The notes under the pieces: model-generated
The model's database searches: none
What the model saw: the letters and a program-made list of their open reading frames with translations, nothing else
What the model was told of the DNA's origin: nothing
In this document: piece by piece, positions 19,657 to 31,300 of the stretch
Layout of the letters: every line of letters starts with the position of its first letter
How positions within the stretch are numbered: position 1 is the stretch's first letter
Origin: Bacilli bacterium
GTDB lineage: Bacteria; Bacillota_I; Bacilli_A; RF39; UBA660
DNA length: 64,000 nucleotides
NCBI GenBank assembly: GCA_017460175.1
Contig: JAFUBO010000003.1
Span: forward strand, 17,150 to 81,149
Reading direction: 5' to 3'
Made by a program: the position numbers and the translations under genes

Positions 19657-20196
19657 GTGAATATGGATAAACAATGGTATGTAGTTAATACTTATTCTGG
19701 ACATGAGAATAAAGTAAAAGAAAAGTTAGAGATGAGAGCTGAATCTATGGATATGCAAGATTATATCTATAGAGTAGTAATTCCAGAAGAAAAAGTAGTT
19801 GAAGTAAAAGATGGTGTAACTAAAGAAAAAGTAAAGAAAATGTTCCCAGGTTACATTTTAGTAGAAATGGTTATGACAGATGAAGCTTGGTATGTAGTAC
19901 GTAATACTCCGGGTGTTACTGGATTTATTGGATCATCTGGTAAAGGTGCTAAACCAACACCATTACAACCATATGAAGTAGATAAAATCTTAGGAAATAT
20001 GGGTATTAGTAGAATGGATGTTGATACTGAATTATCTGTTGGTACTAAGGTAAAAATTATTGCTGGACCTTTCCAAGGAATGTATGGTACAGTTGATTCT
20101 GTTGACTTACCAAATAGTAAAGTTAACTTACTTGTAGATCTATTTGGACAAGAAACTTCAGTTGAAGTTGAACTTTCACAAATAGAAAATGCATAA
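19657..20196 (+). CDS. nusG: transcription termination/antitermination factor NusG
   Basis: NGN domain 'WYVVNTYSGHENKV', KOW domain 'GTKVKIIAGPFQGMYGTV'. Confidence 0.9.
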   Translation: MNMDKQWYVVNTYSGHENKVKEKLEMRAESMDMQDYIYRVVIPEEKVVEVKDGVTKEKVKKMFPGYILVEMVMTDEAWYVVRNTPGVTGFIGSSGKGAKPTPLQPYEVDKILGNMGISRMDVDTELSVGTKVKIIAGPFQGMYGTVDSVDLPNSKVNLLVDLFGQETSVEVELSQIENA

Positions 20197-20349
20197 ATAC
20201 TTGCATAAAAAAAGTTTTTATGTTATTATTTAATGGCTATATTTATTTTTATATATAGATTTAGTGGGAAGCATGGTTTGCATTTATAAAAGCGGGAATC
20301 AAGCTATTTGTACCACTCGCGAAAACTAATATTATAGGAGGTGTTTTTC
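20197..20349 (+). promoter_or_regulatory. rplK-rplA leader region (candidate L1-binding autoregulatory element)
   Basis: 150-nt untranslated region with GC-richer segment 'gggaagcatggtttgcatttataaaagcgggaatcaagc'. The position is where L1 autoregulation sites occur in Firmicutes. Structure not verified. Confidence 0.3.
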
Positions 20350-20781
20350 GTGGCAAAGGAAGCAGTTAAGAAAATAAAATTACAAATTGAAGCAGGAAAA
20401 GCTAATCCAGCTCCACCAGTTGGTACTGTTTTAGGACCTGCAGGAATTAATCTTCAAGATTTTTGTACTAAGTATAATGATGCAACTAGAGATAAAATGG
20501 GAGATGTATTACCAGTAGAAATTTCAATTTATGAAGATAGAAGTTTTGATTTCGTAATCAAGACTCCACCTACAGCATTTTTATTAAAGAAATATGCTAA
20601 GGTAAAAAAAGGATCTGTTAAAGGATCTAAAGAAACAGTTGCTACTATTTCAAAGGCTACTTTAAAAGAAATTGCAGAAATCAAATTACCTGATTTAAAT
20701 GCATATGATGTAGAAGAAGCTATGAAAATAGTTGCTGGAACTGCAAAAAACATGGGTATTGCTATTGAAGGTGAAGAGTAA
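20350..20781 (+). CDS. rplK: 50S ribosomal protein L11
   Basis: 'KIKLQIEAGKANPAPPVGTVLGPAGIN'. GTG 20350 is spaced 9 nt from 'aggag'. Confidence 0.9.
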   Translation: MAKEAVKKIKLQIEAGKANPAPPVGTVLGPAGINLQDFCTKYNDATRDKMGDVLPVEISIYEDRSFDFVIKTPPTAFLLKKYAKVKKGSVKGSKETVATISKATLKEIAEIKLPDLNAYDVEEAMKIVAGTAKNMGIAIEGEE

Positions 20782-20855
20782 TATCTAAGTATTCTATAGG
20801 TTTTAACCTAGTGGAAGGAAAATAATCCGCTTTTACCACATAAGGAGGAAATAAA

Positions 20856-21551
20856 ATGAAAAAGAGAAGTAAGAAATATACTGAAGCTATTTCTAAAATA
20901 GAAAAAGGTAAAGTATATACAAAAGAAGAAGCAGTTAAATTAGTTAAAGAAACTTCAACTAGTTCATTTGATGGATCAATTGAAATAGCTATGAGATTAA
21001 ATCTTGATACTAAAAAAGCTGATCAACAATTAAGAGGAGCTATAGTTCTACCTAAAGGAACTGGTAAAACAAATAGAGTTTTAGTAGTTGCTAGAGGACC
21101 TAAAGCTACAGAAGCTAAAGAAGCAGGAGCAGATTTTGTTGGAGATACTGATATCTTAGAAAAGATTGAAAAAGAAAATTGGTTTGAATTTGATACAATG
21201 ATAGCTACTCCAGATATGATGCCATTACTTGGTAAATTAGGTAAGGTTTTAGGACCTAAAGGATTAATGCCAAATCCTAAAACTGGTACAGTTACAATGG
21301 ATATTAAAAAAGCAGTAGAAGAAGTTAAAGCAGGACGTGTTGAATACAGAACTGATACATTTGGTAATATTCATGGTGTAATTGGTAAGGCTTCATTTAA
21401 AGAAGAAGATTTATTAGCTAACTTAGATGCCTTTGTTGCACAAATTATAAGAATTAAACCAGCAACAGTAAAAGGTGACTATATTAAAAATATTTCTATA
21501 TCTTCAACTATGGGTCCTGGAATCAAAATTGAAAATAATTTTGACAAATAG
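20856..21551 (+). CDS. rplA: 50S ribosomal protein L1
   Basis: 231 aa. 'RLNLDTKKADQQLRGAIVLPKGTGK'. Confidence 0.9.
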   Translation: MKKRSKKYTEAISKIEKGKVYTKEEAVKLVKETSTSSFDGSIEIAMRLNLDTKKADQQLRGAIVLPKGTGKTNRVLVVARGPKATEAKEAGADFVGDTDILEKIEKENWFEFDTMIATPDMMPLLGKLGKVLGPKGLMPNPKTGTVTMDIKKAVEEVKAGRVEYRTDTFGNIHGVIGKASFKEEDLLANLDAFVAQIIRIKPATVKGDYIKNISISSTMGPGIKIENNFDK

Positions 21552-21708
21552 GATTATATAGTATATAATAAAGACAATTTGTTGGTGCCATAGACAGTAG
21601 GTATAAAAATAAATCCTACCGAGGACTTAAAATGAGTAATAAAAAGTTCCGGGCGTCTATGTTTAGGAACTTTTTTATGGCATCCCTAAAAATAAAAGGA
21701 GGTGTATT
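21552..21708 (+). promoter_or_regulatory. rplJ leader (candidate L10(L12)4-binding autoregulatory leader)
   Basis: 157-nt structured UTR between rplA and rplJ ('...ccgaggacttaaaatgagtaataaaaagttccgggcgtctatgtttaggaac...'). A leader at this position is established in Firmicutes. Fold not verified. Confidence 0.35.
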
Positions 21709-22203
21709 ATGGCAAGTAAAGCAATCTTAGAGCAAAAGCAAGCTGTAATTGATGAAATTAAAGACAAGACAAGTAATGCTAAAACTATTGTTTTATTCGA
21801 TTATCGAGGATTAACTGATAGTGAAATTAAAGAATTACGTGTTAAGTTAAGAGAATCAAAATCAGATTATAAAGTATATAAAAATACTTTAATGGCTAGA
21901 GCTTTTAATGATTTAGGTATAGATCTTAATGAGGCTTTAAGTGGACCTAGTGCATTTGCATATAGTGAAGATCAAATAGCACCAATTAAGATTTTATCAG
22001 AGTTTGCTAAATCACACCCAGCATTATCTTTAAAAGTAGGGATTGTAGATGGAGAAAAGGCTGATCAAGCAAAATTAGCAGAATATGCTACATTACCATC
22101 AAGAGAACAATTACTTACTATGCTTGCTGGTGGTATGATTGGTATCGTAAGAGACTTATCAATATGTTTAGACTTATACAGTCAACAAAAAGAAGAAAAT
22201 TAA
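21709..22203 (+). CDS. rplJ: 50S ribosomal protein L10
   Basis: 164 aa. 'TIVLFDYRGLTDSEIKELR'. Confidence 0.85.
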   Translation: MASKAILEQKQAVIDEIKDKTSNAKTIVLFDYRGLTDSEIKELRVKLRESKSDYKVYKNTLMARAFNDLGIDLNEALSGPSAFAYSEDQIAPIKILSEFAKSHPALSLKVGIVDGEKADQAKLAEYATLPSREQLLTMLAGGMIGIVRDLSICLDLYSQQKEEN

Positions 22204-22234
22204 TTTAAAAAATAAAAAATAGGAGGATTTAAAA

Positions 22235-22606
22235 ATGGCTAAATTAACAAAAGAAGATTTTATCAGTAGTTTAAAAGAAATGAATTTATTAGAAATTAAG
22301 GAATTAGTAGATGCAATGAAGGAAGAATTTGGTGTAGATCCAAGTGCTGTTGCTGTAGCTGCTCCTGCAGCTGGAGCTGGTGCTAGTGATGCTGCTCCAA
22401 GTACAGTTACAGTATCAATCGCTGATGCTGGAGCTGCTAAAGTTGCTGTTATCAAAGTAGTTAAAGATATTACTGGTTTAGGATTAAAAGAAGCTAAAGA
22501 TATCGTTGATGCAAACGGTGTTGTAAAAGAAAATATCCCAACTGCTGAAGCTGATGAAATCAAAGCTAAGCTTGAAGAAGCTGGAGCTACTGTAGAAGTT
22601 AAGTAA
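22235..22606 (+). CDS. rplL: 50S ribosomal protein L7/L12
   Basis: Ala-rich hinge, 'KEAKDIVD...' C-terminal domain. 123 aa. Confidence 0.9.
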   Translation: MAKLTKEDFISSLKEMNLLEIKELVDAMKEEFGVDPSAVAVAAPAAGAGASDAAPSTVTVSIADAGAAKVAVIKVVKDITGLGLKEAKDIVDANGVVKENIPTAEADEIKAKLEEAGATVEVK

Positions 22607-22621
22607 TTAACTTCTTTTTTC
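22595..22621 (+). terminator. intrinsic terminator of rplKAJL operon
   Basis: 'gaagttaa-gtaa-ttaacttc' 8-bp stem followed by T6. Confidence 0.6.
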
Positions 22622-22649
22622 TTGACATTATAAATTTATTTGATATAAT
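22622..22649 (+). promoter_or_regulatory. consensus sigma-A promoter with extended -10 (orphan)
   Basis: TTGACA (22622-22627), 16-nt spacer, then TGaTATAAT (22642-22649). Confidence 0.6.
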
Positions 22650-22656
22650 TAAATCA

Positions 22657-22853
22657 ACATAGGAATGCGTTATGCAGTTAATTATCAATTATTGATTTTT
22701 AACAATGTCTATGAATTAAAGTCACTAGACTCTATGTTAATTGTAATTTTTTGGAGAAAGAAAACTCTAATGATAAGTGTAATTTATTTATAATTTACTG
22801 ATAATAAATTATAAATGATTATTAAACTCGCTACCTTCGGGTAGTTTTTTTTG
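22657..22853 (+). ncRNA. candidate small RNA or leader transcript of about 200 nt (promoter-to-terminator unit)
   Basis: Lies between the perfect promoter above and hairpin 'ctacc-ttcg-ggtag' plus U8 (22829-22853). Contains only 7-codon ORFs (MQLIINY; MISVIYL, the latter with 'ggagaaag' RBS). No downstream gene for 480 nt. Confidence 0.35.
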
Positions 22854-23239
22854 TTTTGTTCTTGATTTTTTTGAATATTTATATTAGAATTAGTTTAACA
22901 ATAGTATTTTTTAGTAAGCGATTATGCTATTTAATTAGTAAATAATAACTTAAGTATTTAATTATTTTATTTTTTAATCGGATTTAAATATTTAAGTTTT
23001 TACTAATTGAATAGTAATAATGATTATTACTTAAATCTTATCATTGCTATTGTAAATTACAATTTTGTTTGAAGAAGGATACTTCGAAAATAGTGGCGCT
23101 ATCAAAGTTGTTAATGAAAGCAATTCTATCTTAGCGGGTAGACTGGTAGTATCATATTAAACCAAATCTTTAATTGTTTATCAGACAATTAAAAATTAAA
23201 AAGATATTTTTAAATTGAAGTTGATTTATTTATATTTTT

Positions 23240-23275
23240 TTGAATCATAGGGTTTTCATTACCTATGTTTTTTTT
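23240..23275 (+). terminator. possible intrinsic terminator in rplL-ybxB spacer
   Basis: 'catagg-gttttcatta-cctatg' followed by T8. Confidence 0.3.
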
Positions 23276-23332
23276 GTTGTTTTTTTATATTAATATTGTT
23301 ATAATTAATCTAGATTATATAATAAAGGGGTA

Positions 23333-23713
23333 ATGTTTATGGGAAAATATAATTTAGGAAAGTCTAATATTGTAGTACAAAATAAAGTTAATAAAGAAGA
23401 ATTATTTGTAAATGAAGTTAAGGCAGACGTAATAGTAAAAGATATTAATAGACAATTAGATGGTATAAGTAATTCTTTACATAAAATAAATAATATTTTA
23501 AATCGTACTGTAAAAATAGAATTAGTAAAAGGATCTAAGGCTAATACATTTAAATCTTGGGCAAAAAAAGCTAAAAGTCAGTCAGATAATTCAATTAAAT
23601 TGAAAGAAAAATTTAATAGTAAGTATGAACAAGATGTTAAAGATTATCCTATTAAACTATTAGATGAGAGAATTGCAGAATTAGAAAGAAAAATTGCAAA
23701 TATGAGTAATTAG
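23333..23713 (+). CDS. hypothetical small alpha-helical/coiled-coil protein
   Basis: 126 aa. Hydrophilic, heptad-like 'LLDERIAELERKIANMSN' C-terminus. Translationally coupled to the next ORF. Confidence 0.3.
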   Translation: MFMGKYNLGKSNIVVQNKVNKEELFVNEVKADVIVKDINRQLDGISNSLHKINNILNRTVKIELVKGSKANTFKSWAKKAKSQSDNSIKLKEKFNSKYEQDVKDYPIKLLDERIAELERKIANMSN

Positions 23714-23724
23714 AGGTGATAAAT

Positions 23725-23991
23725 ATGGTTAAAAAGATTAAGTATAGTGAAGAAGAAGCAAAGACATTATCATTAGAATTACAAACTGAAATATTAAAAC
23801 TTAAAAATTCATTAAATAAATTAGAAACTGATGTTGCAATATTGCAAACAGGTGATATTAATGGAGCTTTTTGGAATGGTGTAAATGCATATGAATTTTA
23901 TAAAGCAAGTTTAGGACATATTGAACATGATAGAACTTTATTAAAACATTTAGAAAAGTGTTCAGAAAGTTTAGAATTATTAGTTAAATAA
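23725..23991 (+). CDS. WXG100 (ESAT-6-like) family small protein, putative
   Basis: 88 aa. Helix - 'GAFWNGVNAYEFY' (W-x-G motif at the centre) - helix. Size and architecture are typical of WXG100. RBS 'agaggtga' precedes ATG 23725. Confidence 0.3.
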   Translation: MVKKIKYSEEEAKTLSLELQTEILKLKNSLNKLETDVAILQTGDINGAFWNGVNAYEFYKASLGHIEHDRTLLKHLEKCSESLELLVK

Positions 23992-24129
23992 AAGTATTAA
24001 TTTTTAATACTTTTTTTAATTTTTTGTTGACTTTATTGATTATTTGTTATATCATATGTTTCGAAAGGAAGAAAAATAGGTATTTTATGCGCAATTTTTC
24101 TTCTTCTTTTTTGTTCTAAGGTGATAAAA

Positions 24130-24717
24130 ATGGGGCAATATTTTGATAATCAAAAATTACCAAGTAAAATGGTAAAATATGACGCTTTTGTCTTAGGTAA
24201 AAAGTTTGTTTTTTATACTGATAATGGCGTATTTTCAAAGGACGGTTTGGACTTTGGCAGTAGACTTCTTCTTGAATCAATCCCGCTTGAAGAAGTTGGA
24301 GGCAAAGTTCTTGATATGGGTTGTGGTTATGGGGTACTTGGAATAGTACTTAATAGTATTACTTTGTGTGAAGTAGATATGGTTGATGTTAATTTAAGAG
24401 CTATGCACTTAGCTGAAATTAACTCAAAAGAAAATCATTGTACTGGAGTCAGTATATTTGAAAGTAATTGTTATGAAAAAGTTAATTCCAAATACTCATG
24501 TATTATTACCAATCCTCCGATTAGGGCTGGTAAAAATGTAGTCTATAATATAGTGATGAATGCTCGTGATTATTTAGAAGAGAATGGTCATCTTTTCTTA
24601 GTGATTCGTAAGGAGCAAGGTGCTAAATCGTTAATTATCGACTTAGAAAAACTTTATACTGTAGAAGTATTAAATAAGAAAAAAGGATTTTTTATTCTTA
24701 AATGTACTTCTAAATAA
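24130..24717 (+). CDS. ybxB: class I SAM-dependent rRNA methyltransferase (YbxB/RsmC small-domain type)
   Basis: 'VLDMGCGYGVLG' motif I, 'IITNPPIRAGK' (NPPxR(A)G substrate motif). Sits between rplL and rpoB as ybxB does in B. subtilis. Confidence 0.6.
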   Translation: MGQYFDNQKLPSKMVKYDAFVLGKKFVFYTDNGVFSKDGLDFGSRLLLESIPLEEVGGKVLDMGCGYGVLGIVLNSITLCEVDMVDVNLRAMHLAEINSKENHCTGVSIFESNCYEKVNSKYSCIITNPPIRAGKNVVYNIVMNARDYLEENGHLFLVIRKEQGAKSLIIDLEKLYTVEVLNKKKGFFILKCTSK

Positions 24718-24742
24718 AAAATATTATGTGGGGTGAAATTTA

Positions 24743-27700
24743 GTGTCATATAAGATTGTTAAAAGTGGCAATTTTAGAGAAAGAAGAAATTTCTCTAGTA
24801 TTCGTAATACCTATGAATTAAAAGATTTATTAGAGATTCAAAAGAAATCTTATAAATGGTTTATTGATGAAGGTATTAAAGAAGTATTCGAGGATTTATT
24901 TCCAGTAGAAAATTTTTCTGGAACATTATCACTTGAATTTGGTGATTATCATTTTGATGAACCTAAATATTCTATTAAAGAAAGTAAAGACCGTGAATCT
25001 ACTTATTCTGCACCATTAAGAGTAGAGGTTAGATTATTTAATAGAGAAACAGGAGAAGTAAAAGAACAAGAAATATTTATGGGTGATATGCCTATAATGA
25101 CTGATTCAGGTACATTTGTTATTAATGGTGCTGAACGTGTTATTGTTTCACAATTAGTTCGTTCTCCTAGTGTTTATTTTAACCATGAAATAGATAAAAA
25201 TGGTAGAGAGTTAATTACAAATCAAATTATACCAAATCGTGGTACATGGTTAGAATTTGAAACTGATGCGAGAGATGTATTATATGTAAGAATTGATAGA
25301 ACAAGAAAAGTTCCAATTACTACATTATTGAGAGCTTTCGGATTAAGTTCAGATGAAGAAATTCTAAAGATGTTTGGAGAAGATGAATATCTTAAGAATA
25401 CTATAGCTAAAGATTCTACTAAGAATACTGATGAAGCTTTAATTGAAATTTATGAAAAATTAAGACCAGGTGAACCAGCTACACTTGATTCATCTAAAAA
25501 CCAAATTATTACTAGATTCTTTGATGAATTTAGATATGATTTATCAAAAGTAGGTCGTTATAAATTTAATCGTAAATTAAATGTTAGTGATCGTTTATTA
25601 AATCAAACTTTAGCTGAAGATGTTACTAATGGTAAGAAAGTAGTACTTGAAAAGGGTACAGTTATTACAAAAAGTAATATCAATGAATTAAATGAAGCTT
25701 TAAAAAATGGATTTGGTGTAGTTGATTCTAAAATCAATGAAGAATTAGATTCATTTGGAAAAGTACAAATAGTTAAAATTTGTGATCCATCTGATAAGAA
25801 GAAAAAATTATTAGTTATTGGAAATGATCAAAATATTGATATTAAAAGATTAACTATAAGTGATGTTTATGCTGCTGTTTCATATTATTTAAACCTTTTA
25901 CATGGTGTAGGTAATTTTGATGAAATCGATCATTTAGGAAACAGACGTATTCGTCAAGTTGGTGAATTATTACAAAACCAATTTAGAATTGGTGTATCTC
26001 GTATGGAAAGAGTAATTCGTGAAAGAATGACTACTCAAGAAATGGAAGAAGTTACTCCTAAAACTTTAATTAATATTAGACCAGTAACTGCTGCTATGAA
26101 AGAGTTCTTTGGTAGTTCACAATTATCTCAATTCATGGATCAAACAAACCCAATTGCTGAGTTAACTAATAAGCGTCGTTTAAGTGCTTTAGGACCAGGT
26201 GGATTATCAAGAGATAGAGCTGGTGTTGAAGTACGTGATGTTAATACTTCTCACTATGGTAGAATTTGTCCAATTGAGTCTCCAGAAGGACCAAATATCG
26301 GACTTATTACATCTTTAGCTTCATATGCTAAAGTTGATGAATATGGATTTATAATGACTCCATATAGAAAAGTAGTTAATAGCCAAATTACTGATGAAGT
26401 ATGTTATTTAACTGCAGATGAAGAATTAGATTATATTATTTCTCAATCTACAGTAGGTACTGATAAATCTAATAAGATTATAGATGAAGAAGTAAATGCT
26501 CGTTTTAGAGGAGAAAATATTTTAGCTAAACCTGAAGATGTTGATTATATAGATGTTAGTCCACAACAAGTTGTATCTGTTACAACAAGTTGTATTCCAT
26601 TTTTGGAACACGATGATGCTACTCGTGCATTGATGGGTGCTAACATGCAACGTCAAGCAATGCCTTTAATTAAAACAGAAGCTCCATTAGTTGGAACTGG
26701 TGTTGAATATATCGCAGCAAAAGATTCTGGTGTAGAAGTAATTGCTAAGAATGATGGTGTTGTTGAATATGTTGATGCAAAAAGAATAGTTGTTAAGACT
26801 AAAGAAGGAAAAGATGAATATAAATTAGCTAACTTTGAACTTGCAAACTCTAGTATTTGTTCACATCAAAGACCAATAGTTCAAGTTGGAGATAAAGTTA
26901 AAGCAGGAGATACAGTATTAGCTGATGGTAACTCTACAGATAAAGGTGAGTTAGCTCTTGGTAAAAACATGACAGTTGCATTCATGACATTTAATGGATA
27001 TAACTATGAAGATGCTGTTATCTTAAATGAAAACTTAGTTAAAGATGATAAGTATACATCACTTCATCTTGAAGATTATGAGATGCAATGTAGAGAAACT
27101 AAATTAGGACCTGAAGAAATTACAAGAGATATTCCTAATGTTAGTGAAGAAGCAAGAAGAAATCTTGATGAAAATGGTATTGTAACAATTGGTACTGAAG
27201 TTAAAGAAGGAGATATCCTTGTTGGTAAAGTTACTCCTAAGGGAATGGCTGAATTAACTTCAGAAGAAAAATTATTACATGCAATATTTGGAGAAAAGAC
27301 TCGTGAAGTTAGAGATACATCACTACGTGTTCCACATGGTGGAGATGGTATCGTTCATGATATTAAGATTTATTCAAGAAAAGATAACGATGAATTACCT
27401 GCAGGTGTTTCTAAAGTAATTCGTGTTTATATAATTCAAAAACGTAAGATTCAAGTTGGAGATAAAATGAGTGGGCGTCATGGTAATAAAGGTGTTATTT
27501 CACTTATTCTTCCACAAGAAGATATGCCATACTTACCAGATGGTACTCCAGTTGATATTATGTTAAATCCACAAGGTGTTCCTTCTCGTATGAACTTCGG
27601 ACAAATTCTTGAAATCCATATGGGTATGGCTTGTAAGAAACTAGGAGTTCATGTTGCTACTCCAGTATTTGATGGAGCTCATATCAGTGATATTCAAGCT

Positions 27701-28372
27701 ATGATGAAAGAGGCTGGAATGGATGAAGATGGTAAAACTGTTTTATATGATGGTAGAACTGGTGAGCCATTCGATCATAGAATATCAGTTGGTGTAATGT
27801 ATATGATTAAACTTCATCACATGGTTGATGATAAACTTCATGCACGTGCTACTGGACCATATTCTTTAGTTACACAACAACCTCTTGGTGGTAAAGCTCA
27901 ATTCGGTGGACAAAGATTTGGTGAAATGGAAGTTTGGGCACTATATGCTTATGGAGCAGCTCATACATTACAAGAAATCTTAACTGTTAAATCAGATGAT
28001 GTATTAGGACGTGTTAAGGTTTACGAATCTATTATTAAAGGTCAAGAAATTAATCAAGCTGGTGTTCCAGAATCATTCAGAGTATTGATGAAAGAATTCC
28101 AAGCATTAGGATTAGATGTTTCAATCATTAATGATGAAGGTGAAACATTACAATTAAAAGAAATAGAAGATGCTGAAGATAAAGAAGATAATAATACTAA
28201 TATTGAAGAAGTTGAATCTCCAGCAACTGAAATAGTAGAAACTCCAGTTTCAGAAGAAAATTCTGAAGAAGATTTTGAAGATGAAGAAGATGAATTCGAT
28301 GAAATTGAAGATGAATTTGAGAAGTTTTCAGAATTTGGGGGATTAGATGATGAGGAAGGAGCTGATATTTAA
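24743..28372 (+). CDS. rpoB: DNA-directed RNA polymerase subunit beta, with about 70-aa acidic C-terminal tail
   Basis: Full-length RpoB homology ('[15 protein letters not shown]', rifampicin cluster region). The C-terminus '[51 protein letters not shown]...' is an unusual extension. Confidence 0.95.
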   Translation: MSYKIVKSGNFRERRNFSSIRNTYELKDLLEIQKKSYKWFIDEGIKEVFEDLFPVENFSGTLSLEFGDYHFDEPKYSIKESKDRESTYSAPLRVEVRLFNRETGEVKEQEIFMGDMPIMTDSGTFVINGAERVIVSQLVRSPSVYFNHEIDKNGRELITNQIIPNRGTWLEFETDARDVLYVRIDRTRKVPITTLLRAFGLSSDEEILKMFGEDEYLKNTIAKDSTKNTDEALIEIYEKLRPGEPATLDSSKNQIITRFFDEFRYDLSKVGRYKFNRKLNVSDRLLNQTLAEDVTNGKKVVLEKGTVITKSNINELNEALKNGFGVVDSKINEELDSFGKVQIVKICDPSDKKKKLLVIGNDQNIDIKRLTISDVYAAVSYYLNLLHGVGNFDEIDHLGNRRIRQVGELLQNQFRIGVSRMERVIRERMTTQEMEEVTPKTLINIRPVTAAMKEFFGSSQLSQFMDQTNPIAELTNKRRLSALGPGGLSRDRAGVEVRDVNTSHYGRICPIESPEGPNIGLITSLASYAKVDEYGFIMTPYRKVVNSQITDEVCYLTADEELDYIISQSTVGTDKSNKIIDEEVNARFRGENILAKPEDVDYIDVSPQQVVSVTTSCIPFLEHDDATRALMGANMQRQAMPLIKTEAPLVGTGVEYIAAKDSGVEVIAKNDGVVEYVDAKRIVVKTKEGKDEYKLANFELANSSICSHQRPIVQVGDKVKAGDTVLADGNSTDKGELALGKNMTVAFMTFNGYNYEDAVILNENLVKDDKYTSLHLEDYEMQCRETKLGPEEITRDIPNVSEEARRNLDENGIVTIGTEVKEGDILVGKVTPKGMAELTSEEKLLHAIFGEKTREVRDTSLRVPHGGDGIVHDIKIYSRKDNDELPAGVSKVIRVYIIQKRKIQVGDKMSGRHGNKGVISLILPQEDMPYLPDGTPVDIMLNPQGVPSRMNFGQILEIHMGMACKKLGVHVATPVFDGAHISDIQAMMKEAGMDEDGKTVLYDGRTGEPFDHRISVGVMYMIKLHHMVDDKLHARATGPYSLVTQQPLGGKAQFGGQRFGEMEVWALYAYGAAHTLQEILTVKSDDVLGRVKVYESIIKGQEINQAGVPESFRVLMKEFQALGLDVSIINDEGETLQLKEIEDAEDKEDNNTNIEEVESPATEIVETPVSEENSEEDFEDEEDEFDEIEDEFEKFSEFGGLDDEEGADI

Positions 28373-31300
28373 TGATAGATGTTAATAAATTTGAAGCATT
28401 AAAAATCGGAATTGCTTCTCCTGATAAAATAAGAGAATGGTCTTATGGTGAGGTTAAAAAACCAGAAACAATTAACTATCGTACTTTAAGACCAGAACGT
28501 GATGGACTTTTCTGTGAAAAAATATTTGGACCTACTAAGGATTTCGAATGTGCATGTGGAAAGTACAAAAGAGTTAGATATAAAAATATAGTTTGTGATA
28601 GATGTGGAGTTGAAGTTACTCGTTCTAAAGTACGTCGTGAAAGAATGGGACATATTGAACTTGCTACTCCAGTATCACATATTTGGTTCTTTAAAGGTGT
28701 ACCTTCAAGAATGGGATTAGTTCTTGATATGAGTCCAAGAGATTTGGAAGAAGTACTATATTTTGTAAGTTATGTAGTTATAGATAAAGGTAAAGCCCCA
28801 CTTGAAAATAAGCAAACATTATCAGAAAAAGAATACAGAGCTTATTATGAAAAATATGGAACTTCATTCAAAGTTGGAATGGGTGCTGAAGCCATTAAGG
28901 AATTATTAAAGAATGTTGATTTAAAGAAAGAAATTGATGAAATAGAAAAAGAATTAGAAGGTGCTCAAGGACAAAAGAGAACAAGACTTTTAAAGAGATT
29001 AGATGTACTTGATGCTTTCTATAAATCAGGAAATAAACCTGAATGGATGATTATGGATTGTATTCCAGTTATACCTCCTGAATTAAGACCAATGATTCAA
29101 TTAGATGGTGGTAGATTTGCTACATCAGATTTAAATGATTTATATAGACGTGTTATTAACCGTAATAATCGTTTAAAGAAATTAATTGATTTAGGAGCTC
29201 CTGGAATAATCATTCAAAATGAAAAACGTATGCTTCAAGAAGCAGTAGATGCATTATTTGATAATGGTCGTCGTGGAAGAAGTGTAACAGGTGCTGGAAA
29301 CAGACCTCTAAAATCAATTTCATCTATGCTAAAAGGTAAACAAGGTCGTTTCCGTCAAAACTTATTAGGAAAACGTGTTGACTATTCAGGTCGTTCAGTT
29401 ATCGTTGTTGGTCCATCATTAAAGATGTATCAATGTGGTATTCCAAAAGAAATGGCTCTAGAATTATTTAAACCACACGTTATTCATGGATTAGTAAGTA
29501 AAGATATTGCTCATAATATCAAAGCTGCTAAGAGATTAATAGATAATCAAGATCCTGTTGTTTGGGATATAGTAGAAGAAGTTATTAAAGAACATCCAGT
29601 TATGTTAAACCGTGCTCCAACACTACATAGACTTGGTATTCAAGCATTTGAACCAATCTTAGTTGGTGGTAAGGCAATTCGTTTACATCCACTTGTTTGT
29701 CCTGCATTTAACGCTGACTTCGATGGTGACCAAATGGCAGTACATGTTCCACTTTCTGAAGAAGCTCAAGCTGAAGCTAGATTGTTAATGTTAGGTTCTA
29801 ACAACATCCTACATCCAAAAAGTGGAGATCCTATTGTAACTCCTTCACAAGACATGGTTTTAGGTAATTACTATATAACTATGGAAAAAGCTGGTGAAGA
29901 AGGAGAAGGTAGAGTATTTAAAAATAGTAATGAAGCTTTAATGGCTTATGAAAGAAGAGAAATTACTCTTCATACTAGAATTGCTATTCCTGTAAATAGT
30001 TTTAAATATAAATTATTTACTGAACAACAAAAAGGTAAATATTTAGTTACTACTGTTGGTAAAATTAAATTTAATGAAATATTACCTGATACATTTGCAT
30101 ATGTTAATGAACCAACAGATGAAAATATTTCTAATATTACACCTAATAAATATTTCTTAGATATGGGAACTAATATTCCTGAAGCTATTAAAGAAATGCC
30201 TTTAGTTAAAGCTTTTGCTAAGGGAACTCTAGAAAAAATTATTGCTCAAGTATTTAAACGTTATAAAACTACAGAGACATCTACAATGCTTGATGCATTA
30301 AAAGATTTAGGATTTAAGTATTCAACTATAGCTGGTATTACAGTTAGTATGGCTGATGTTGAGATAAGTCAAAAGAAACCTCAAATAGTAGCTGAAGCTC
30401 AAAAGATAGTTGATAATATTAATAAGCAATATAAACGTGGTTTAATTACTGAAGAAGAAAGATTTAATAAAGTAATTGATACATGGAATAATGCTACTGA
30501 CCAAGTTAAAGAAGAACTTGAGGAAGTTTCTAAGAAAGATATTGATAACCCAATCTTTATCATGATGAACTCTAAAGCTCGTGGTAATATTTCAAACTTC
30601 ACACAAGTTGCTGGTATGCGTGGTATTATGGCTAAACCAGATGGTACTCCAGTTGAAATTCCAATTCTTTCAAACTTTATTGAAGGATTATCTGTTGCAG
30701 AATTCTTCTTATCTACACATGGTGCTCGTAAAGGTTCAGCAGATACTGCCTTAAAGACAGCAGATTCTGGATACTTAACAAGACGTTTAGTAGATGTATC
30801 TCAAGATATGATTGTAAGAGAAGATGATTGTGGTACTGATCAAGGTGTAGTTGTAAGAGACTTTGTTAATGAAAAAACTGGTGCAATTATTGAAAGTTTA
30901 AAAGATCGTATTATTGGTAGATTTGCTAATAAGAAAATTATTAATCCTGAAACTAAAGAAGTAATTGTTGAAAGACTTCAAATGATTACTGAAACTTTAG
31001 CAGAGAAAATAATTGCTGCTGGAATTACTGAAGTAGAAATACGTACTATTCTTACATGTAATACAGCTAATGGTGTATGTCAAAAATGTTATGGTAGAAA
31101 CTTAGCTACAGGTAACTTAGTAGAAATTGGTGAAGCTGTCGGAGTTATGGCTGCTCAATCAATTGGTGAACCTGGTACTCAGCTTACAATGCGTACATTC
31201 CACTCAGGTGGAGTTGCTCATGGTGGTGATGCTGACATCACTCAAGGTCTTCCTCGTGTTCAAGAATTATTTGAAGCACGTAACCCTAAAGCTAAAGCTA

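Noticed and set aside
22174-22563. 129-aa antisense ORF rich in Ala/Ser opposite rplL
   Set aside because: It is the mirror image of the Ala-rich L7/L12 hinge codons (GCT/GCA runs) and lies fully inside a highly conserved gene on the other strand.
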